Assembly: GCA_963422395.1 (NCBI GenBank)
Contig: OY729431.1
Span: 704,001-768,000, forward strand
Direction of reading: 5' to 3'
From: Vicinamibacteria bacterium
GTDB lineage: Bacteria > Acidobacteriota > Vicinamibacteria > Marinacidobacterales > Marinacidobacteraceae
Length of the DNA: 64,000 nt
This document shows, piece after piece, positions 57,484 through 64,000 of this stretch. Below the pieces are notes generated by a model. The model was not told the DNA's origin, made no database searches, and worked only from the letters and a program-made list of their open reading frames with translations. A program made the position numbers and the translations under genes. Position 1 is the first letter of the stretch, and the number at the start of each line of letters is the position of its first letter.

Positions 57484-58854
57484 CTCGCTCACGGCGCTTC
57501 GCCCGACGCTCGGGAGAGCGCGTGGGGGCGCACCCCGCTCATGTTCGCCGCGGTCAACGATCGGGCTGAAGCCGTTCGGGTGATCATGGAGGCTGGGGCG
57601 GATCCCTCGATCACCGCGGAGATCCTCGATGTAGTGGAGCGCGCCCGGCTGGACATGGAAGAACGGCGCGCTCGGCAGGCCCGCCTCGCCGAGGAGCGGG
57701 GCGGGACCGGCATCATCGAGGCCGAACGTCCGCTGCCCGCCAACGGGACTGACCGCCGCGCACCGAAAGGGACGGGTGCTGCGGGGACGGCCGGTCTGCC
57801 GCCGGATCCCCTCGAGCCGGACCCCGACTCGGAGCGCGATCCGAACGAGCCGAAGCCGATCACTTACGAAGAGCGCGTCGGCACCCACGGCGGGTTGACC
57901 GCCCTGCTGCTCGCTGCCCGGGAAGGCCGTATCGAGAGTGCGCTCGCCCTGCTCGACGCCGGCGCCGCTATCGACCAGCGCGCCGCCGGCAGCGGAACGA
58001 CTCCGCTTCTGATGGCGACCATCAACGGTCACTTCGATCTCTCGATGGAGTTGCTCGCACGGGGCGCCGACCCGACGCTCGCGGATGCGCAGGGAGCCAC
58101 GCCGCTCTACGGCGCGGTCAACACCCGATGGATCCCCAAGGCGCGCCATCCGCAACCGGCCGACTACCTCCAGCAGAAGACTTCGCATCTCGAGCTCCTG
58201 CAGGCGCTGCTCGACGCCGGCGCCGAGGTGAACGCCCAGATCGAGAGCTCGCTCTGGTACACAGTCTTCAATGTGGACCAGTTGGGTGTGGACCGCAGCG
58301 GTGCGACAGCCTTCTGGCGGGCGGCCTATTCGCTCGACATCCCGGCGATGAAGCTGCTCGTGGCCAATGGTGCCGACCCCCACATCCCGACGACCCGGGT
58401 GCCGGAGCGGCGGCGTCTTCCCCGGCTCGTCGAAGACGACGCGGCTGATCCGTCGGGCCTGCCGCCCACTGCCTTCGGAGGGCCGGCGGTCTATCCGATC
58501 CACGCCGCTGCTGGGGTGGGCTACGGACTCGGGCTCGCCGCGAATTCACACCGCCACGCTCCCGACGCCTGGCTGCCGGCAGTGCGGTACCTGGTGGAGG
58601 AGTGCGGGGCCGATGTAACCCTGCGCGACCACAACGGGTACAGCACGATCCATCACGCGGCTTCGCGCGGGGATACCGAGATGGTGCAGTACCTGATCGA
58701 CGAGGGGGCGGATCCGCTCGCAGTGGCGCGCACCGGCCAAACGACCATAGATCTCGCCAACGGTCCGGTGCAGCGCATCAATCCGTTCCCGGAAACGATC
58801 GCCCTGCTCGAAAGGTACGGCGTGAAGAACAACCACGCCTGCGTCGGCTGCTGA
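56980..58854 (+). CDS. Secreted ankyrin-repeat protein with C-terminal CxxC, copy 2
   Basis: Paralog of 47875..49977; ends NNHACVGC. Confidence 0.82.
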   Translation: MSRGRAGEETWKMEMERNGERRRAGLLLVFAAGLAAACLSLAGASFAARVPPVLEAAKRGDVEALRSELRSGGDVNTAQGDGFTALHWAAKTGSREVAEVLIAAGADLRATTRLGSHMPLHVAAAAGQPGVAEALLEAGAPVAAATGTGARPIHFAAASGNPSLIEVLLAHGASPDARESAWGRTPLMFAAVNDRAEAVRVIMEAGADPSITAEILDVVERARLDMEERRARQARLAEERGGTGIIEAERPLPANGTDRRAPKGTGAAGTAGLPPDPLEPDPDSERDPNEPKPITYEERVGTHGGLTALLLAAREGRIESALALLDAGAAIDQRAAGSGTTPLLMATINGHFDLSMELLARGADPTLADAQGATPLYGAVNTRWIPKARHPQPADYLQQKTSHLELLQALLDAGAEVNAQIESSLWYTVFNVDQLGVDRSGATAFWRAAYSLDIPAMKLLVANGADPHIPTTRVPERRRLPRLVEDDAADPSGLPPTAFGGPAVYPIHAAAGVGYGLGLAANSHRHAPDAWLPAVRYLVEECGADVTLRDHNGYSTIHHAASRGDTEMVQYLIDEGADPLAVARTGQTTIDLANGPVQRINPFPETIALLERYGVKNNHACVGC

Positions 58855-58946
58855 ACGCGCTCCTCCGGGAAGCCCATCCGCCCTCCCGGCCCCCCCTCGA
58901 TACTTCCTCGCCGATTTTTCCAGCCGTCCTCGGAGGCCGCTGCCTC

Positions 58947-59906
58947 ATGCGTCGTTCTGACCGATTTTTCTTCGCTTTCCTGTTGTCGACCGCGTTCTTC
59001 CTGTTCCTTTCGGCCTCGCTGCACGGGCTTGCGGCCCATCCGGCGAACGCCCAGGAGGTGGACTGGGACGCCGTGGAAATCACCACCGAGGACCTGGGGC
59101 ACGGCATCCATGTCCTCTTCGGCCGCGGCGGCAACATCGCCCTCTCCACGGGCGCGGACGGGGCTCTGCTGGTGGACGACCAGTACGCGCCGCTGACCGA
59201 AAAGATCCTCGCTGTGGTCGCTTCCCTCACCGGGGAGCCGGTGCGATTCGTCGTCAACACCCATTGGCACGGCGACCACACCGGCGGAAACGAGAACCTC
59301 GGCAAGGCCGGAAGCCTGATCGTGGCCCACGAGAATGTCCGGCGGCGGATGAACCCGGCGGATTTCGCCGACCTGGTCGGCCGCAGCGATCAGGCGGCTG
59401 CCGCAGCGCTTCCAGTGGTGACCTTCGAGCAGGATGTCACCCTGCACTGGAACGGCCTCGCCATCGAAGCGCGCCACCAGCCGAACGCCCATACCGACGG
59501 TGATTCGGTCATCTTCTTCGGCGATGCGAATGTGGTCCACATGGGCGATCTGTTCTTCAACGGCGCCTTCCCCTTCATCGATGGGGACTCGGGCGGCGGG
59601 ATCGATGGAATGATCGCGGCGGCCGAGACGGTCGCGGACCGGACCGACGAGCAGACCCGGATCATTCCCGGCCACGGGCCGGTGACCGACCGCGCGACCC
59701 TGCTGGCCTACGGTGAAGCGCTGCGCGCGGCACGGGAACGCATCGCCGAGCGTGTGGAAGCCGGCCAGAGCGAGGACGAAGCGGCCGCCGATCATGCCGC
59801 GATCGTGAGCGGAATCGGAACCGACATCGGCTGGGCTCCCGATGCGGTCGGATTCGTGAGCGCCGAGCGCTTCGTCCGGCTCGTCCACCGCAGCCTCAGC
59901 CAGTAG
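58947..59906 (+). CDS. Secreted MBL-fold metallo-hydrolase (cyclase-like)
   Basis: GGAGG RBS; signal peptide; NTHWHGDHTGGN, AHTDGD, MGD, IPGHG. Confidence 0.85.
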   Translation: MRRSDRFFFAFLLSTAFFLFLSASLHGLAAHPANAQEVDWDAVEITTEDLGHGIHVLFGRGGNIALSTGADGALLVDDQYAPLTEKILAVVASLTGEPVRFVVNTHWHGDHTGGNENLGKAGSLIVAHENVRRRMNPADFADLVGRSDQAAAAALPVVTFEQDVTLHWNGLAIEARHQPNAHTDGDSVIFFGDANVVHMGDLFFNGAFPFIDGDSGGGIDGMIAAAETVADRTDEQTRIIPGHGPVTDRATLLAYGEALRAARERIAERVEAGQSEDEAAADHAAIVSGIGTDIGWAPDAVGFVSAERFVRLVHRSLSQ

Positions 59907-60055
59907 CGACCGGCAGCGAAGCCTCGGTCGGATGCCCGTCCGGATCGGGGCCGGTCGGCTGCTCCTCAGGTTCCGATCCGCCTGCGGTGACGGTTTTCGT
60001 CGCCTTACTCGGAGAAGATGCCCCGGACGCTGTGGTTCGCGTCCATAGCCTGGAG

Positions 60056-61327
60056 ATGAGCAACTTTCGCTTCCTGCACGCGGCCGACATCCATCTCGAC
60101 AGCCCGCTGCGGGGACTCGAAGGACACGACCGCCAGATCGCAGACCGGATTCGCTCGGCGCCGCGCGCCGCCCTCGAAAACCTGGTCCAGAGGGCGGTCG
60201 GCGACCGCGTGCACTTCGTCGTCATCGCCGGGGATCTCTACGACGGCTCCTGGAAGGACTACCGCACCGGCCTGTTCTTCGCCGAACAGATGAGCCGGCT
60301 CCGCGAGGCCGAGATCCCGGTGTTCCTCCTCTACGGGAACCACGACGCCGAGAGCCAGATCACCAAGCCGCTGCAGCTTCCCGAGAATGTGAAGGTATTC
60401 CCCTCGCGGAGTCCGGGCACCTTCACCCTGTACGACCACGGGGTAGCGCTCCACGGTCAGAGTTTCAAGACGCGGGCGGTGACCGAGGATCTCGTCCCGG
60501 ACTATCCGTCGCCGCGCTCCGGGCTGTTCAACATCGGGGTGCTCCATACCGGGCTCGGCGGGATGGACGGACACGACGACTACGCGCCCTGCACCGTTCC
60601 CGAACTGGCGGCGAAGGGATACGACTACTGGGCGCTGGGGCACATCCACCGCCGTCAGATCCTGCAAGAGCGGCCGTGGATCGTTTTCCCGGGCAATCTT
60701 CAGGGAAGGCATGCGCGGGAGACCGGTCCGAAGGGTGCCTTCCTGGTGAGCGTGAACGGCGGCGAAGTGGAGGCAGCCTCGCCGGTGAACCTGGATGTGG
60801 TGCGCTTCACGGTGCTGGCCGTCGCTGTGCCCGGGGCGGACACCATGGACGAAGTTGTCGAAGCGGTCCGCGGGGCTGCCGGAGCCGCAGCTGCGGAAGC
60901 GGAGGGCCGACTGCTCGTCTGCCGCGTCCGTCTCACCGGACGGAGCCCGATCCACAGCCAGCTAGTGAGCGAAAACGACCATCTGCTCGCCGAGGCGCGG
61001 TCCGCCACGCTCGGACTCGGAGACGAGATGGTGTGGATCGAGCGAATCCTCGTCGAGACGAAACCGCCGATGGACCCAGCGGCGCTGGCACGACGGAAGG
61101 ATGCGCTCGGCGACCTGCTGCGCATGTTGCGCGAGGCTCCCCACGACACCGCGTTGGTGGACGACCTGAAGAGCGATGTCGGGGTCCTCGCCACTCGCCT
61201 TCCGCACGAAGTGGGCGAGGGGGTCGAGGAGGCTGCGCTTCGCGCCGCTCTCGACGGCGACACCACGGCGCTGATCCAGGAAACCGCTCCGTACCTGCTC
61301 GCCCGTCTGACTGCTGAGGATTCCTGA
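60056..61327 (+). CDS. SbcD/Mre11-like metallophosphoesterase exonuclease (YhaO family)
   Basis: HAADIHLD, AGDLYD, GNHD, YWALGHIH, PGNLQGRH. Confidence 0.88.
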   Translation: MSNFRFLHAADIHLDSPLRGLEGHDRQIADRIRSAPRAALENLVQRAVGDRVHFVVIAGDLYDGSWKDYRTGLFFAEQMSRLREAEIPVFLLYGNHDAESQITKPLQLPENVKVFPSRSPGTFTLYDHGVALHGQSFKTRAVTEDLVPDYPSPRSGLFNIGVLHTGLGGMDGHDDYAPCTVPELAAKGYDYWALGHIHRRQILQERPWIVFPGNLQGRHARETGPKGAFLVSVNGGEVEAASPVNLDVVRFTVLAVAVPGADTMDEVVEAVRGAAGAAAAEAEGRLLVCRVRLTGRSPIHSQLVSENDHLLAEARSATLGLGDEMVWIERILVETKPPMDPAALARRKDALGDLLRMLREAPHDTALVDDLKSDVGVLATRLPHEVGEGVEEAALRAALDGDTTALIQETAPYLLARLTAEDS

Positions 61328-61331
61328 CGCA

Positions 61332-64000
61332 ATGCGTTTCGCGCGCCTCGATCTGATCCGCTTCGGGTGTTTCACCGATGTCTCCCTCGAGCTGCCCTCG
61401 AACGAAGGGCGCGATTTCCATATCGTGATCGGGGCGAATGAAGCCGGCAAGACCACCACCGTGACCGCGGTGGAGGATCTGCTGTTCGGGATTCCGGGTC
61501 GGACGCCCTACGCCTTCCGCCACGACTACGCCGCCCTGCGGCTCGGCGCCGTGATCGAGCAGGGAGAACAGCGTCTCGAATTCCGGCGGCGGAAAGGGAG
61601 CCGGGACACCCTGCTGGGGGGCGGCGATCTTCCCTTGCCCGGCGGGGAGGGACGCCTGCTGCCGTATCTGGGCGGGGTGGATCGAAACTTCCTGGCTCGT
61701 ATGTTCAATCTCAGCCACGAGAGGCTGGCGCGAGGCGGAAGGGAGATTCTGGACGCTGAGGGCGAGGCGGGACGGGCGCTCTTCACTGCCGGCTCGGGCT
61801 TGATGGAGCTGCGCCAGCAGGCGCTGAACCTGGAGAAGGAGGCCGAATCGCTCTGGGCGCCGCGGAAGTCGAAGCAGCGTCTCTACTACCAGGCGCAAGC
61901 CCGCCTCGTCGAGACGGAACGCATCCTCCGAGACACGATCCGGCGGCCGAAGGAGTGGAAGGAGTTGCACAAGGGATTCGAGGCCGCCGAGGAACAGACG
62001 GAGGCACTGCATCGGAAATTCGAGGAGCGGGTTTCCGAGATGAAGCGGCTTTCCCGAATTCGCCGCGTATCGGCGGCGGTCCGGCGGAAGGAAGCGCTGG
62101 ACCGGGAGATCGAAGCGCTCGGCCCGGTGATCGAGTTTCCCGAAACCGCTGCCGAAGAGTTGGAAGGCGCGGTGCGCGAGGAGGAAACCACGGCAGCGGG
62201 CATCGAAGCGCTGGCCGAGGAGCGGGGTCGGAAGCAGGAGAAACGCCGGGCCATCGAACGCGACGACGCGCTGCTCGGGAGGCGGGATGCGATCCAGGAG
62301 CTGCGCGAACGGCGGAGCCAGATCCTCCAGATGCGGTCCGACCTTCCCAAGCGCCGCGCCGAGCTGGAAACCGCGATGGACGATCTCCGACGGCTCGGAC
62401 GCGAAGCCGGCTGGGAGAGTCCTCGAGCGAGTTCTGACGCGGAAGCCCTCGACACGGAAGCGCTGCTTTCCCGGGTTCCCTCGCGGGCTCGAGTTTCCGA
62501 AGTGCGAGACCTGCTGCAGCGGCACGGCGCGCTGGAGGAGGCGAAGAGAGGAGCAGAGGAGGCTCTCGACGCCGCAAACAGCCGCCTTGCCGGACAGGAA
62601 GCGAAAATCGAGGGTAGCGTCGCTCCCGTGGACATCTCCCGGCTCGACGCAGTGCTCGCGGAGACCCGCGGCGTACCCGACCTGGAGTCGGCAATTCGGT
62701 CGGGCCGCAAGGCGGTCGCCGAAGCGGAAGACCGGATCGCCCGACTGCGGCAAGCACTTCGTCCATCGGTTCCCGACGAAACGAGATCGGAGGACATCGG
62801 AGCGTTGGCCGCCCTTCCGCGCGCCGTGGTGCAGGAGTGCCGCGATCGGCAGCGGGATCTCGGGAACGAGCTTCGGGAGATTGAAAGGAGACTCGCGGAA
62901 CAGCGGCGGCTCTTGGATCGCCGGCGTCAGGAGCGCACCCGGAGCGCCGGGGAAGAGCGCCTCGAAACGAGGGAATCCCTGGACCTCGTGCGGACCCGGC
63001 GCGACGATCTCTGGAAGCGCCTGCGGCGCCGGTATCTCGGCGACGATCCTGCAGATCAGGTTGCCGATCGGGAGATCGAGGCAGCGCCGCCAGAGAGCGA
63101 GGAGAGGTTGGCGGAGGGATTCGAAGCGGCGGCCCGCGAGGCGGACCTCATCGCCGACCGGCGTTTCGACGGTGCGGCCGCTGCCGGCCGGCTGGCCGAG
63201 CTGGATCGGACGATCCGCGGTCTCGAAGCCGATGTCGAGGAGGCCGCCGCCGAGGAAGCCGCGACGAAGCAGAAGATCCAGGAAATGGAGACCGAGTGGC
63301 GTTCGAGGTGGACCGATTGTCCGTTCGAGCCGGATTCGCCGGCGGCGATGCTGGAGTGGTTGGACCAGCGCGATTCCATCGTCGCGATACTCGGGGAGCG
63401 GCAGAGCGCCGCCATCGAGCTCGACGCTCTGCTTGCGGCAGAGCGCCGCGCCCGGGAGCAGCTGACGGCGGCCCTCGCGGCCTCGGGGGGCGAGCAGCAG
63501 GCGATGCGGGACGAAAGCGTGCGTGTCCTGATGGGGCAGGTCGAAGGCCTGGTGCGGGGGCAGCGCGAGCGGTCGCGTCGGAACGAAGAAGCGCGCGAGG
63601 CACTGCGCACAGCGCGAGCCGAGCAAGAACGCGAAGCGAGCCGCGCCCGAAAGGCCGGTGAAGAGTGGGGCGTCTGGAGAGATGCCTGGAGTGCCTCGCT
63701 GCAGCGGATCGGCCTCGACCCCGAAACCTCTCTGGTTTCGGTAGCCGCGCAGCTGGATCTCTTCGACGCGATGCGAGAGAAGGAGGCTCGTGTCGAGGAA
63801 TTGCGCGTCAAGCGAATCGGCGCCATGGAGCGCGACATCGGTGTGTTCGAATCTCTGGTGGAGCAGATCCTCGGGGAAATCGCCCCGGATTTCGCCGGCC
63901 TCCCGGCCGATGAGGCGGTGCGCCGGCTCGGAGAACGGCTCGACCGCGAAATCGATCACAGCAAGGAGTGCGAGGCGCTCGACGCCGAAACCCGCCGGAT
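61332..64000 (+). CDS. YhaN/AAA_27 family SMC-like ATPase (runs off the window edge)
   Basis: Absent from the ORF track because it has no stop. Manual translation gives MRFARLDLIRFGCF...IGANEAGKTT...DLLFGI, followed by coiled-coil-like sequence; 4 bp after the YhaO-like gene. Confidence 0.82.
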   Translation, partial: MRFARLDLIRFGCFTDVSLELPSNEGRDFHIVIGANEAGKTTTVTAVEDLLFGIPGRTPYAFRHDYAALRLGAVIEQGEQRLEFRRRKGSRDTLLGGGDLPLPGGEGRLLPYLGGVDRNFLARMFNLSHERLARGGREILDAEGEAGRALFTAGSGLMELRQQALNLEKEAESLWAPRKSKQRLYYQAQARLVETERILRDTIRRPKEWKELHKGFEAAEEQTEALHRKFEERVSEMKRLSRIRRVSAAVRRKEALDREIEALGPVIEFPETAAEELEGAVREEETTAAGIEALAEERGRKQEKRRAIERDDALLGRRDAIQELRERRSQILQMRSDLPKRRAELETAMDDLRRLGREAGWESPRASSDAEALDTEALLSRVPSRARVSEVRDLLQRHGALEEAKRGAEEALDAANSRLAGQEAKIEGSVAPVDISRLDAVLAETRGVPDLESAIRSGRKAVAEAEDRIARLRQALRPSVPDETRSEDIGALAALPRAVVQECRDRQRDLGNELREIERRLAEQRRLLDRRRQERTRSAGEERLETRESLDLVRTRRDDLWKRLRRRYLGDDPADQVADREIEAAPPESEERLAEGFEAAAREADLIADRRFDGAAAAGRLAELDRTIRGLEADVEEAAAEEAATKQKIQEMETEWRSRWTDCPFEPDSPAAMLEWLDQRDSIVAILGERQSAAIELDALLAAERRAREQLTAALAASGGEQQAMRDESVRVLMGQVEGLVRGQRERSRRNEEAREALRTARAEQEREASRARKAGEEWGVWRDAWSASLQRIGLDPETSLVSVAAQLDLFDAMREKEARVEELRVKRIGAMERDIGVFESLVEQILGEIAPDFAGLPADEAVRRLGERLDREIDHSKECEALDAETRR

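Noticed and set aside
1-64000. Many long alternative-frame and antisense ORFs (e.g. 5323..8112, 11586..14441, 36143..39412, 54091..56460, 60933..63959)
   Set aside because: These are Arg/Pro/Gly-rich shadow ORFs, expected in high-GC DNA, overlapping well-supported genes and lacking recognisable motifs.

Overview
High-GC bacterial chromosomal window with about 42 protein-coding genes. I saw no rRNA, tRNA, CRISPR array or transposase. The gene content suggests Acidobacteriota (inference). From left to right: three tandem DUF5916-type outer-membrane proteins; hydrolases; HU and an orphan GspE/PilB ATPase; pyrK-pyrD-pyrF; a Wzx-like flippase; Pal; trkA/trkH; acs; a leucyl aminopeptidase; a three-gene Menshen-like defence cassette (DUF3696-type ATPase, TOPRIM-like nuclease, DUF262); lhgO; an amidohydrolase; a decarboxylase with SSS transporters; xth; a duplicated DUF1592 (cytochrome c)-DUF1552-ankyrin cassette with a TonB-dependent receptor; an MBL hydrolase; and a YhaO/YhaN pair that runs off the right edge. 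The main signal is at 44-57.5 kb. There the segments that are (near-)identical between the duplicated genes are almost exactly the segments with intense G>C (and some T>A) strand skew. The intervening segments have normal composition and have diverged. This matches the GRINS (Genetic Repeats of Intense Nucleotide Skews) pattern described from modular PKS genes, but here it acts on an uncharacterised non-PKS envelope/heme system and leaves a variable central domain unhomogenised. Start codons were adjusted by eye, and all counts are manual.
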